A stretch of DNA of 62,922 nucleotides, counting the filler, from Klebsormidium nitens (Eukaryota; Plantae; Klebsormidiophyceae), in NCBI GenBank assembly GCA_000708835.1. It is 5 parts of 5 records of this genome, joined end to end, with 100 filler letters (N's around TTAATTAATTAA, not from the genome) between each part and the next. Parts side by side here need not be neighbours in the genome. Positions count along the whole stretch, not along the records: positions 1 to 7,772 come from DF238321.1; positions 7,873 to 38,305 come from DF237785.1; 3 more parts are not named here. One strand, 5' to 3'. Of this stretch, positions 1-11,537 are shown piece by piece. The notes below the pieces were generated by a model. The model made no database searches. It was not told the DNA's origin and saw only the letters and a list, made by a program, of their open reading frames with translations. Every line of letters starts with the position of its first letter. Position 1 is the stretch's first letter. Made by a program: the position numbers and the translations under genes.

Positions 1-83
1 GGGGGGTCGGGGTCGCCGCAGGCGGCCCCAGGGGGCCTCACGGGGCGAAGCCCCGGGGCCAGGGGGCCCGAAGGAACCCCTGG
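1..83. repeat. GC-rich cluster of GNA-triloop hairpins
   Basis: GGGGTCGCC-GCA-GGCGGCCCC, GGGGC-GAA-GCCCC and CC-GAA-GG lie within the first 80 nt. Confidence 0.55.
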
Positions 84-561
84 AACCGGCTTGACAGAGT
101 TTTACGCGCTCGTACTCGCGCCAAACATGCGAACTTGGACATAAGGATTTCGCCACGGCCCGCCGGCCGCCGCGATAAATCAATGATGGTTACTTCATAT
201 TAATGAACGCGTGATGATAGAAGCTGATTGATTAATGCTTTTCGGTACAGCAATAATGTTGCTAACTGACATGGCACACTCAGTGGTATGCAAAAAAGCT
301 GACAATATCAAGATGCATTCGAAGATACTATAGTATAAACAAGCCGGCCGGCTTTGAATAATACCAATTTTATAAGCACAATACTTTTCTAAAAGTATAC
401 GATCTGTCCTCAAATATTGGATCTCCTTTGGGATCCAACAGACCTCTATTTCAATGAATTCACGGTCCAAGCTACTTAATGTAACAGGCAATAAAATACC
501 GTCAATAAATGATGTACACCCGGCCTGTCTTACGAGATTGCTTATTGTACCGGAATACTGA

Positions 562-3500
562 TCATGCTTTTGGGCACCTGCACTGTCCTACAGGTAAGCC
601 GCAACCAGGCTGCTTTCTGCAGTGCTTTTTGACTCCTTTGCCGCCTCGATTATTCTTAGCCGGTCGAGAAGAGAGCGACTGGCCACTCTGAACTTGCGTG
701 TCCGTGACTGGTGGATGGAAAAAGGGGTGTGCAACACCGGCCCCCATGGGCATCGTTGGAAACGGTGGATATGCGAATGGTGCGAACGGAGTGCTGTGAG
801 CAAAGGTGGGCGGGTAGGGATGGATGCCACCAACGAACGGGTTGATGGTGGTAGAAGGTGCATAGTTGGGATGCTGCAAAGAAGCGGTATTGTGAGCGAT
901 AAGCGCGTTCAGTGAGTCTTTCCGAATGAATTCTTTGACCAAGCCCTTCTCGTACTTTTTCAGAAGAGGGATGTTCTTCTGATGGATCGCATTATCTGCC
1001 CCCGAAATTTGAGAGACCGTTAGAGCAGCCCTCTGATTCCACTCGTGACACATGTTCACCCAGTTGGTGGAGGATTTGGTGGAGTGCCTCGCATAAAGCT
1101 CCGAAAACAATCGAGTCTCGGCAGGAGTCGAGATTGGGCGAATCAACTCGCGAAGCGNNNNNNNNNNNNNNNNNNNNNNNNNNNNNNNNNNNNNNNNNNN
1201 NNNNNNNNNNNNNNNNNNNNNNNNNNNNNNNNNNNNNNNNNNNNNNNNNNNNNNNNNNNNNNNNNNNNNNNNNNNNNNNNNNNNNNNNNNNNNNNNNNNN
1301 NNNNNNNNNNNNNNNNNNNNNNNNNNNNNNNNNNNNNNNNNNNNNNNNNNNNNNNNNNNNNNNNNNNNNNNNNNNNNNNNNNNNNNNNNNNNNNNNNNNN
1401 NNNNNNNNNNNNNNNNNNNNNNNNNNNNNNNNNNNNNNNNNNNNNNNNNNNNNNNNNNNNNNNNNNNNNNNNNNNNNNNNNNNNNNNNNNNNNNNNNNNN
1501 NNNNNNNNNNNNNNNNNNNNNNNNNNNNNNNNNNNNNNNNNNNNNNNNNNNNNNNNNNNNNNNNNNNNNNNNNNNNNNNNNNNNNNNNNNNNNNNNNNNN
1601 NNNNNNNNNNNNNNNNNNNNNNNNNNNNNNNNNNNNNNNNNNNNNNNNNNNNNNNNNNNNNNNNNNNNNNNNNNNNNNNNNNNNNNNNNNNNNNNNNNNN
1701 NNNNNNNNNNNNNNNNNNNNNNNNNNNNNNNNNNNNNNNNNNNNNNNNNNNNNNNNNNNNNNNNNNNNNNNNNNNNNNNNNNNNNNNNNNNNNNNNNNNN
1801 NNNNNNNNNNNNNNNNNNNNNNNNNNNNNNNNNNNNNNNNNNNNNNNNNNNNNNNNNNNNNNNNNNNNNNNNNNNNNNNNNNNNNNNNNNNNNNNNNNNN
1901 NNNNNNNNNNNNNNNNNNNNNNNNNNNNNNNNNNNNNNNNNNNNNNNNNNNNNNNNNNTGCACATCAACTGTTAAATCAAGACTTGCTGTAAGAGACTAA
2001 GTATCGAATTGTGAAACTGAACGAAGGCTTAGGTTCGTATACTGTAATAAAGCAAAATAAGAGGAAGATTTCTTACCAAGCTTCTCGCGGCGGACTACCC
2101 GAGCCGCAACTTGTAACGTGGTCCTTGGCAGCCCGTCTTGGTGGGGAAAGTGCACGGGCTGCGCCCCCGGTCGCAGCGCAGCGTGCACGACCTCAGGCAG
2201 CCCGGCCGGGTTAGAGGAGTGCACGACTGAGGGCAGCACGTCCCGACTGGGGGGAAAGAAGTGCGAGGTCTGCCCCCCCGGTGGCGGCGTGGCGCGCATG
2301 GCTGAGGGCAGCCCGCCCTGGAAAGGCGGGGAGGAGTGTGCGGGCTGCCCCCCTGGTTGCGCCACAGTGCGCACGACTTGGGGAAGCCCGTCCAGACTGG
2401 GGGGGAAGGAATGTGAGGGCTGCCCCACCGGTTGCGCCGCGGCGGGCACGACCCGGGGCAGCCCGTCGTGATCAAGAGGGAAGGAAAGGGCGGGCTGCCC
2501 CTCCGGCTGCGTCGCGGTGCGCACGTCGCCGGGTTGTCCGTCCTGGGGGGCAAGGAAGGAAGGGGCGGGCTGCCCCCCGTGCTGCGGCGCGGTGCACACG
2601 TCGCGGGGCTGCCCGTCCTGGGGGGCAAGGAAGGAAGGGGCGGGCTGCCCCTCCGGCTGCGTGGCGGTGCGCACGCCAAAAAGTTGCCCGTTCTGGGGGG
2701 GAGGGAAGCAAGGGGCGGGCTGCCCCTCCGGCTGCGTCGCGGTGCGCACGTCGCCGGGCTGCCCGTCCTGGGGGGCAAGGAAGGAAGGGGCGGGCTGCCC
2801 TCCGGCTGCGGCGCGGTGCGCACGTCGCGGGGCTGCCCGTTCTGGAAGGGGGAGGAGGAGAGGGCGGGCTGCCCCCCCGGCTGCGGCGCGGTGCGCACGT
2901 CGCGGAGCTGCCCGTCCTGGGGGGCCGGGAAGGAAGGGGCGGGCTGCCCCTCCGGCTGTGGCGCGGTGCGCACGACCGCGGGCTGCCCGTTCTGGAAGAG
3001 GGGGGAGGAGAGGGCGGGCTGCCCGTCCCGGACGGGGGAGGAGGGAAAGGCGGGCTGCCCCCCTGGCCTGGGCGCAACGCGCATGACCGCGGGCTGCTGG
3101 GGCGGAGAGGCATGCGCGGGGGGCGTGGAGCAGGCGGGGGGGGTGGATTCGCGGGAGAGCGGGGCCGCCCCTGGTTGCAGCACATTGATTGCGCCTGCAA
3201 AAGTCGAGATGAAAACGTCAGGCACTTCCAGGTTCAAGTTTGAGTCAGACCTCCGACAATGCAAAGCACGAAGGATAGGAAGCATCAAGAAGTTGTCGAA
3301 AGCAATGGTGCAACAAGAGAATGCCAAAATGTTCGTTATACAATAGGCGAGCGGGGAGGCCCGTTTGACCATGCCTTACGTATCAATGCAACCAAACTCT
3401 CCTGTGCAAAGCGCACTTCAAACAGGCGGCTCGTCAGATTGGTGTCCTGATTCGACTTGGTAATCTGACTACGTCCTGCCAACGCGACTGCTACATATGA

Positions 3501-6500
3501 TAATCAAGCGACAACAAATAAGAGGAGGAAAGAAAGCACAAATATACAGCTTCAACTTGGGAAAGCGAGGAGAAAGTTGTGCACAACGTCAAAGCCCGTT
3601 TTTCATTTAACAGTCAGGAGCATTCTGCCGTTTGGAACTCTGCCTACCAGGGAAGTGATGCCTTACCCACAGCCTGCGTGCTCTTCAGCTGTTGCTCCTC
3701 CAGCATAGTCTCAACGACCATGGCCTCTTGATCCAGAAACTCCGGCTCCTCCCCTACATCTCCCTCGGAGACCGTTGTCCGCACTGGCACAGGGCCTGCA
3801 TGAACGCCAAATCGCTCTTTGGTGGGAGGAGCGCGCCTCCACTCGGGACACGGATTTGGCCACCCCATTGCCGCGCAGGTGTCTTGCATTTCCTCCAGCA
3901 GCCAGTGGTCGAACATTCCCCAATCTTTTGCCCCCTTGTTGCGGACAGCGCACTCGTAGTTCCACCGATAGTTGAAGAGAGCGATGAGAGCCCCTGCGAG
4001 CTCAGGGGAGTAGTTGCCTCCTCCCAGAAGCGCGTTGAGATGGCGGTGGTAGCCCTCCAAGGAGGAGCAGCCCCGCACACCGACATAGCGGGGCATGCAG
4101 CCGGGGGCGCTCACCAAAATGTACATCTCGTCTACCTTGAGCGGATCTGCACGCAATGTCAAAATCGTCAAATCTCCTTGCTTCGTTGGTTAACTAAGTC
4201 AAGCATCACCAGAACTTCTGCTCAATGATCAAGAGTGTAGTGCTGACTTCGATCAGATGGAAGCACACTTGTTGTATATCGCAGCAACGTCACCAACATG
4301 GCCCAATGTCATAATAGGCACCGACTCGTTTCAAACTGCAGGAAGTGGGCCCAAGAGAAACTCTGGTACAGGGCAGGAATGCGATTCCAGAAGCATGTTG
4401 TAACTAACAGCAAAGAAAGTGACCGAGTATCCTGGCAGCTCACCGCTTAGCAAACCGTCTTGCATGAGTTGCAGCTGCAGCTCATGTGCGCCCCGGACTT
4501 CATCGGTGATGAGAGGGTCACCGTTGACTGCGCAGGTCCCCCTCTCATACTTCTTCATGACGGCTTGAACGCCGTCCACCAGCTCCTGAGCGGAGGGGAT
4601 GGTATGCCGGCAGCGCGCTCGCCAATAGCTCCCAGGCTTTGCTGCCACCTCTGCTTGTGTCCACTTCCGCCTTCCAGGACCTCCAGCCAGAAGAAACTCG
4701 CGCAAGGCCCACTTGTCCGGCTGATGGATCTTGAACATTGCGTTCGAGTAGTCACGGCAAAAGTCGGCTGTGCAAAGACAAGAACTTCCGTGTGGTTGCT
4801 TTCTTGGCCAGAACTTGTTGATGGGTTCCAACCATGAGCACTGGCACATGTTATTGATGCATTCTGAGAAGGTACTTCCCTTCATTGGTGCAAAGAACGA
4901 AAACGAATTGATGCTAGCGCTATCAGGAAAGAGCCGAACAACGTTCAGACACAGTCCAAGTAGTTACACTCTTGGATCAGACTTGATGAACAACCTGTAG
5001 ATTGCTTCAACTGACAAGTCTGCTTTCAAACAAGTAAAAGTTAGTTGGATGCGTCCAGAGCACTTCTAGGAAAAGCACATAGCTCGTCTATGAAAGGTCC
5101 TTACCTTTGAGAGAGTGGGCATCCGGGATTGTCTCAAAAATCCGCCGCATGACATGCGTGGCATCCTCTAGAACTCGGCTTAGACTGGGGATGGTCTCAT
5201 AAAGCTGGGCAGCCACTGTTCGTGAGTTATCCACCCACATGTACTTGGGCAGCTGCAAATGGAAACGTTCAAACTAAGTTGGCAAGATCTGGGGACATCT
5301 TACAAGAGCAAGCTATCAATACTACGTCGTGCAGAAGTCAATGTCTTTAAATCCAGATCTTCACAAATAGGAGGAGAAGGACACACTGCTTCAAATCAAC
5401 AAAACAATCTGCTGACCTAAGGAACCAAGCCAACTCTGACGTTATACTTAGGAGGTGAAAAAGTAACGCACCTGAAACCCAAGGTCAGCATAGCGCTTGA
5501 GAACATCCTGCACGCCCGTGACATACTCGTCAAAGGACGTGTCCCCCACAGCCCACTGGCCCACAATTTGCGACCACTCGTTCATGATCGAGTAGATGGC
5601 CGCATAGTCCTTGCGCCCTTCAGCTGAGCGGATTCGGGAGGGCGCTTGGAAGGTATGATCCCCCCGCCAAAAAACCCCATCCACCGCAGCCAGATGACGT
5701 TCAAGGAACGCAAGTCGCGAGTTCAAAGACGCGAGAATAACGCCTGCACAAAGAAGATACACCAAGATCAGGCCTGAGCAGGTCCAAGACAACGATAAGC
5801 ACAGATTTTACAAAACAAGCAAGACGCGTATAAAAGAGGCACAACTTGACTAGCGTCTTGACCACGAAGTCCTTGCACTATTTGAGCGACCATTGCAGCA
5901 AGCAAAGAATGGAAGGCCTGCAGCACAACCATGTACTTTGTGCACCAGATCTGCAAGATTGTATACCAGAGATAGAAGGGGCTATCAAAAAAAATGATCA
6001 AACACTGCGGAAAGTTTGATAAATATACCTGCTATCCAGGACGTCGATGGTATCCAACCCCGATACCCTTCCTTGTCGTCATACTCTCCAAAATCAGCGG
6101 GAGGAGGAGACTCCCGCTGCACCCCGGGAAAAAGGAGCGCTCCGCCTCGCTTCTGCTGAAGCTCTGCACGTGCTGCGGCATACTGGATGTAGTTGTTCTT
6201 ATGCTGAGTGAAAGTGCGCATGTGCGCTTCCCGGATCATCTTCTGCTGGTCTGCAACAGAAGCGCTACTAGCGACGTTCCTGACCATGGTCTCAAGTAAA
6301 CTACGCTCGATAGCCCCACCGCGGGTGAAGACGATTGGGAGCTGCTCTAGCACCGCAGCTGGTAGCTGACTCAGCACTCCTTCGTCGTGAGAGCGAAACT
6401 GATAGGGTTTTCCACCATTCCCTGCAAAGAGAAAACAGTAATTTGTCTTCTGAAATGGTGCCATCTCGAACAGCATGCTCACAAGCTGATCGGCTGCCTA

Positions 6501-7308
6501 GAAGCAAACCTCAAGAAAACTGCCGCAACAATTTGGATGCTGCAACATTAAACTCTTTGGATTGATTCCAAACTATGAGAATAACCCAAAGTCTAGACTT
6601 GACTGTTCTTGGTGCCTGAGCACTCCAAGCCAAAGGACCGCAGGGCCGCTGTCACACGACTTAATCAATGACATCAGACAACAGATTATGCAGCCAGCAT
6701 TGACTTGCTGCCTTTGAAATCAAAGGGTTATTTCAGCTTGTTAGTAAGTTTCAAAAATCCAGCATCCAGGATTAGAGAAGCAACGTTAGCATACCTGGAC
6801 AGCCCTCGCCTGGCTTCTTGCCCTTCCCACACCTGAAGACCTTGCTGTACAGAAAAGCAGGCCCATCCGCAGCGCACACGCGGCGAATCTTGTCTGTAAC
6901 TCCAACCCAGCCATCAGAGCAGACCTTGTCAGCTTTTCCACATTTGGGACAATTGATGATGGGCACAAGCTCGCCAAAAAAGAATTGCCAGTAAATGAAG
7001 TACACCACCTTGCCCGCGAGGTGGAAATGGTTTGGTAGCAAGGCATTCTGCCCTCTGCTTGCCTGCACCGGGTTCGGGTACTCTCTCTTCATGCTTGGCC
7101 AATACCTAGGATCGGGAGCTTGATCTTTGGACGGGCCAACTTTTGGATCTATATCAGGGATTACCCAAGGTGGCTTGTTTTTCTTGTCTTTCCAGTCAGC
7201 AGGTGGTACAACCTGGCTGTGAGCCCACTCCACGACATTCTTGGCACAAACCTCATCCTCATTTCTTGGATTATATTGGGCCGACGTCTCTCCAGCAGAT
7301 GCAGCCAT
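562..7308 (-). mobile_element. Intron-containing DDE transposase, Dada/DUF6729-like
   Basis: Hand-spliced exons (approx. 7308-6795, 6421-6030, 5746-5470, 5248-5104, 4768-4443, ~4146-3663, further exons to 562) with GT-AG junctions give CPKC...RRVC, QLP..FT, GDHTF (D1), NEWSQIV, WVDN (D2), EDATHVMRR (DxxH), ARCRHT, DP..Y and RGCSSLEGYH (E). The 3' part crosses an N gap. Confidence 0.75.
2190..3060 (-). repeat. 75-bp tandem repeat coding a 25-aa Pro/Gln-rich unit (about 8 good plus 3-4 degenerate copies)
   Basis: CGGGCTGCCC recurs at 2491, 2566, 2641, 2716, 2791, 2865, 2940 and 3015. The unit translates as DVRTAPQPEGQPAPSFPAPQDGQPR-like. Confidence 0.9.
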
Positions 7309-7666
7309 GATGCGGTTGGTACCTGTCAGAGCTCAGCTCTAATTTCTCATGAACTTCAAGTTGAGCAACTGTGGGAGGAGGATGTGTGTCCTCGCCTTGA
7401 CACCAGTCTCCTGGCTTAGAGTCTCACTGTCAGACTCAGGAGTCAGGAAGTCTCCAGAGTCCAGACTCCAAACCCTTATTCAAGCTGACCGGAATCATGG
7501 ATACCGTAACCCAAATTGCAATTCAAATCATGGTCGCCTGCGCGCTCCACCCCCCTTGCCTGTGCCGTCGTCTGCGAGACAGACCCCCCCGGAACCCTTG
7601 GCGCGCTGCTGCAATCTCAGCCGCCAGAATGTTCGCCACGGTGTCAGATCTAACGGTTTTGGAAGA

Positions 7667-7772
7667 AACGTTAGTCCGACTTCTGGCATCCAGTTCTGGC
7701 TTCTGGTTGAACGTTAGTCGGACTTGCAAGCGCGTGGTGAATCGTTAGTCCGACTTCAAATTTGAAGTCGGA
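7667..7772. repeat. Short repeats and palindrome upstream of the transposase (candidate subterminal repeats)
   Basis: CGTTAGTC(C/G)GACTT occurs three times; TCCGACTTCAAATTTGAAGTCGGA is a perfect palindrome ending at the gap. Confidence 0.6.
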
Positions 7773-7816
7773 NNNNNNNNNNNNNNNNNNNNNNNNNNNN
7801 NNNNNNNNNNNNNNNN

Positions 7817-7828
7817 TTAATTAATTAA
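7817..7828. other. Assembly linker TTAATTAATTAA within N gaps (also at ~38350, ~55843, ~61580)
   Basis: Identical 12-mer embedded between N runs. Confidence 0.95.
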
Positions 7829-7872
7829 NNNNNNNNNNNNNNNNNNNNNNNNNNNNNNNNNNNNNNNNNNNN

Positions 7873-8496
7873 CGCATTGTTCTGAAGTATCAGACGAACC
7901 TTGTTTTCAAGGGTCCTTTTGTCAGCTTCAGACAGGTGACCGCTGTCTCTACTGTCTCCTGATACAAACTCGAGCTGCGGATACTTCAGACCAGGGCACG
8001 CAATAAAGTCCAGCTTGAATGGTCTTGCAAGAAAGGCGTACTCAGCTCTCTCACTCGCCCGAAACACTGTGATGCCTGGAGAGTAGATTGCCTCGTTGGC
8101 AGCTATTGGATACAGACGTTCCGGTTTCAGGTCGTTGTGCAGACTCGAGCAATAGTTTGTCCGCCGAAATAGAGACTCCTCCCGAGCGCCAGAGCCCGTT
8201 GCCACGCAGCCTCCTGGGAAACAGTCGTCTGCGAGATTCAGGACCATGGGTCTGAATCCTGCCTGCTGCAACCTGCGTGCAGCTACTATGGTGTCCTCGT
8301 TTGTCACTCGAACCTCTGTATCTTTGTACCGCTGCGGCAGCGCCTGGTCCGGGCAAAAGATGTGCTTTTCGCACTTTGGCGGACGTGGAAGCCTTTCCGA
8401 GATGCCTTTGGTCTCTTCCCAAACCTTGATACGCACGTCTTTGATGTGAGGTACCTGGTCTCTCTTCTGCTCCATAAACATTCTGCGGTCTGTCAT
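7873..8496 (-). CDS. TIGR02452-family macrodomain (microbial PARG-like); 3' end in gap
   Basis: VLNLAD..FPGGCVATGSGAREESLFRRT and IYSPGITVFR match the family signature. Confidence 0.8.
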
Positions 8497-8514
8497 TGAA
8501 TCGAGGTTACTTTT

Positions 8515-8760
8515 TCAGACGTTGTACGCATTGGGCGTTAGAGGAACATGTAACGTTTGTGTTTTTACCCTTTGCCACATCTTCATCATGCGCTCTAAAA
8601 AGGCTAGTGGATCTTCCCTTTCCTGCTCTGTAGTTGCGTCTCTGCAGTCGAGCTCCTGTTTCATCTGCTGCAAAACTTGCTCTTGCTTCCTTAACTTGCA
8701 CTCGACTTCACGTATCTTCTTCTCTATGAATGCCATGGAGGTGTTGGCTGAGGTAGACAT
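8515..8760 (-). CDS. Small coiled-coil hypothetical protein
   Basis: ATG-started ORF with heptad-like E/K/Q-rich segment, packed between neighbouring genes. Confidence 0.45.
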   Translation of the reverse strand: MSTSANTSMAFIEKKIREVECKLRKQEQVLQQMKQELDCRDATTEQEREDPLAFLERMMKMWQRVKTQTLHVPLTPNAYNV

Positions 8761-8834
8761 GTTGGTTATCCCGAACAAATAAAGATCAAGTCCGCCTCCT
8801 CCAAGCAATGGGGATGTTGTTGTTCGGCTGCGAG

Positions 8835-9065
8835 TCACCGTTGGCATATGCCTTCACAATCTTTTCTACCACAACCGAAACACACATCACACTCGCAGTC
8901 TTTTTCTCTCTTCTGACAGCAATTGCACATCTGTTTCTTTCGAAAGACAGCTTCCTTCGTCGTCCATTCACCGTCGTCTATGACCCAACCTTGCCTATCA
9001 GCAAGGGCTTCTAGTGCACGCACACGTTGCTGCAACTGTTGCATCACCTTGCTGGTGGTCTCCAT
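8835..9065 (-). CDS. Small protein with coiled coil plus Cys cluster
   Basis: CNCC..CECDVCFGCGRKDCEGIC at the C-terminus. Confidence 0.5.
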   Translation of the reverse strand: METTSKVMQQLQQRVRALEALADRQGWVIDDGEWTTKEAVFRKKQMCNCCQKREKDCECDVCFGCGRKDCEGICQR

Positions 9066-9278
9066 GGTCGATGTAGGTTCTTGTCACATAATTACAAGGA
9101 CAATCAGACGCATCGGGTGTCATTCCGAGTGGGGATCTCAGGCAGCTTGACTTTTGACAATATGAGAGGGTGCAGTCGTTGATCTACACCCTATGCATAT
9201 ATAAACTGAATCATGAGCCAACCCACGGACAAGCATGCGTCTACTGCCAAAGAATTTTTCCCTTCTGCAAAAGAAGCC

Positions 9279-10109
9279 ATGGAATCCCTGAGGGTGCAGA
9301 TTGTGTCGGACCTTCACCTCGAAATGTCTTCCAGAAAGGCGAAACATATACCAGTGACCGCACCTCATATCGCTTTGCTGGGCGACATTGGAAGAGGCAA
9401 CAGCAAGGAGTATGCGGCCTTTGTTGAGGATCTGTCACGGAGGTATTCGACCGTCCTTATTGTTGCTGGCAATCACGAGTATTACACATGCAATTATGAC
9501 GACGTGAACGAGGCAATCTCTGCACTGGCAGACAGACTCCCCAACGTGCTCTTTCTGAACCGTGATTGTGTTGAACTCGAAGGTGTTCAGGTGATTGGGT
9601 GCACGCTGTGGAGTCATGTGCCACCCGCTTGCCAGCGTGCCGTACAGGCAACCTTGAATGACTACCTCCTTATCCGAACCGAAGACGTTTTCGGTAATCC
9701 GAGGCCCTTAACAGTGGCTGATACGAATGCGCTTCACCAGGTTGATCTGCAGTTTATCAGAGGCAAGATCGAAGAGTGCCGGACAAAGGGTCAGAGCGCG
9801 TTAATCCTCACTCACCACGCGCCTCTGATGAACGGAACGTCCGACCCCAAGTTCGAGGGCCGTCCAACTAACCATGCCTTTGCCACGGACCTGAGGGAGC
9901 TCATGGGCGCCCCGGTTGTTGCTTGGGCTTATGGGCACACTCACTTCAACCCTCGATCGCTGCTGGGTGCTGGCAGCACCATGCTTGTTTCCAATCAGAA
10001 AGGCTACAATGGAGAGGCGGTTGGGAGGCCGTTTGACCCTGGTGCTTTCCTCCAGATCGATGGGACGAAGGCCACGTGGGTACCCAGCTCTACCGAGAAA
10101 AGGACATGA
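9279..10109 (+). CDS. Calcineurin-like metallophosphoesterase
   Basis: SDLHLE, LLGDIG, GNHEYY, THHAP and YGHTH motifs. Confidence 0.9.
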   Translation: MESLRVQIVSDLHLEMSSRKAKHIPVTAPHIALLGDIGRGNSKEYAAFVEDLSRRYSTVLIVAGNHEYYTCNYDDVNEAISALADRLPNVLFLNRDCVELEGVQVIGCTLWSHVPPACQRAVQATLNDYLLIRTEDVFGNPRPLTVADTNALHQVDLQFIRGKIEECRTKGQSALILTHHAPLMNGTSDPKFEGRPTNHAFATDLRELMGAPVVAWAYGHTHFNPRSLLGAGSTMLVSNQKGYNGEAVGRPFDPGAFLQIDGTKATWVPSSTEKRT

Positions 10110-10147
10110 CTGCTGCGTCTTACCGCCGGCTCGATCTTGTGATCGAC

Positions 10148-10155
10148 ACTTAGGG
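10148..10155 (+). promoter_or_regulatory. ACTTAGGG motif upstream of HNH gene 1
   Basis: 44 nt before ATG 10192. The same or variant motif occurs at 13068, 19256, 20497, 31649 and 31727. Confidence 0.5.
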
Positions 10156-10191
10156 GCAACGAATATGGATAACTGGTCATCAATTCGAAGC

Positions 10192-11415
10192 ATGGCAAGT
10201 GTTGCAATTGCTGCCGGTGCCACGGTCGGTGACAAGCGCGCTCGCAAGGAGGCAAAGCCAACGGGCAAGTTCGTCTGCACTTTCCCGGGGTGCAACAGGC
10301 CGTTCACTAAGAAGTCTAACCTCACGCGACACGTCAGTGTGCACTTCAAGGACCTCTCTCCACCAGCAACTTATGCAGGGTGGAAGCAGCACTTCAAGTA
10401 TACCCATATTTTCGGCCTCCCAGACGGCAGGCTATGGAGCACAAAAGCGGGAAAGTTCCTTGAAGGGTTTCAATTGAACGGGTACTCAAGAGTGTACATA
10501 GAAGGTAAGAGCATCGCAAGACACCGGATAAACTTCGAGATCTCTGTAGGACGAGCCGTTGGGGAGGCCATGGAGGTGGACCACATCGTTTCACCCCCTT
10601 TGTTACCGGATGGTTCGCCCTATGGGCCCCAAGACGACAGCTGGGGCAATCTTCAGGAATTGACAAAGGAGGATCACGGGAAGAAGACCATGGCAGCCAA
10701 TCCGGGTGCCGGCAAGAAGCGCGGTGTCAGAATGGGCTTCCCAGTTATCTCTGTTCAAGTGGCAACTGGGGTGGAGCGGCGTTTCAAGTCCTTTAGAGAC
10801 GCGGCAGAGGCCTATGGGGTGTTCCCAGCACATATCTGGGATCGTGTGAACAAGCCGCACAGTAGTAGAACAGGGCTGCAGGGCTATACTTTCCACAAAT
10901 GTCCACAGTTCGTTGCCGACCAGGCGGACAAGCCAGGGGAGGTCTGGGAGGATGCATTGCATCACGGCAAGCGGATCAAGGGAGTCCGTGTGAGCACATT
11001 AGGTCGAGTGGAATGGGAAGATGGCAAAAGACGGGGTGCAAGGACGATGCGTCACAAGAAGTGCTACTTCCGTGGTACAATTGAAGGGGTCAAGAAGCAC
11101 CTTTACGTGCACATTGTGGTGGCCCACACCTTCTTAGGCCCCCAACCGAGCTCCGATCACACCGTGGACCACATCAACCAGGACAGTGTTGACAACCGGC
11201 TCGTGAATCTGCGATGGGCAACATATTCGGAGCAGAACAGGAACCGATCCAATAACCGAGCAGTTGAGAAGCTGGACACAGCAGGCCATGTCTTGGCTAC
11301 ATATGGGACAATTGCTGAGGCCGCTGATGCAATCAAGAGGCCATACCAAACCCTTGCTAGTGCAATACAGAACAGAACGGTGTTGGAAGGGTTCATGTGG
11401 CGAGACCGTGCCTGA
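10192..11415 (+). CDS. C2H2 zinc finger plus tandem HNH/NUMOD endonuclease (copy 1; alternative start 10165)
   Basis: CTFPGCNRPFTKKSNLTRHVSVH, EVDHI..WGNLQEL, HIVVAHTFLG..TVDHINQDSVDNRLVNLRWAT, and a C-terminal NUMOD1-like helix. Confidence 0.85.
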   Translation: MASVAIAAGATVGDKRARKEAKPTGKFVCTFPGCNRPFTKKSNLTRHVSVHFKDLSPPATYAGWKQHFKYTHIFGLPDGRLWSTKAGKFLEGFQLNGYSRVYIEGKSIARHRINFEISVGRAVGEAMEVDHIVSPPLLPDGSPYGPQDDSWGNLQELTKEDHGKKTMAANPGAGKKRGVRMGFPVISVQVATGVERRFKSFRDAAEAYGVFPAHIWDRVNKPHSSRTGLQGYTFHKCPQFVADQADKPGEVWEDALHHGKRIKGVRVSTLGRVEWEDGKRRGARTMRHKKCYFRGTIEGVKKHLYVHIVVAHTFLGPQPSSDHTVDHINQDSVDNRLVNLRWATYSEQNRNRSNNRAVEKLDTAGHVLATYGTIAEAADAIKRPYQTLASAIQNRTVLEGFMWRDRA

Positions 11416-11537
11416 GCACCATGCAGGACAATTGCACTTGTCCTGCTTGGAACTTTCTTCGTATTGTATTATACTCAAGCGATTCCTTCACTTCCCCCTA
11501 TGAGCCTATGTTTGGCCAGCTAATGACCCAGTGCTAC

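Noticed and set aside
2190-3060. CRISPR-like array
   Set aside because: The units are contiguous, near-identical, lack unique spacers and are coding; there are no cas genes and the context is eukaryotic.
7817-7828. TTAATTAATTAA as a biological motif or TSD
   Set aside because: It is always embedded in N runs, so it is a scaffolding linker.
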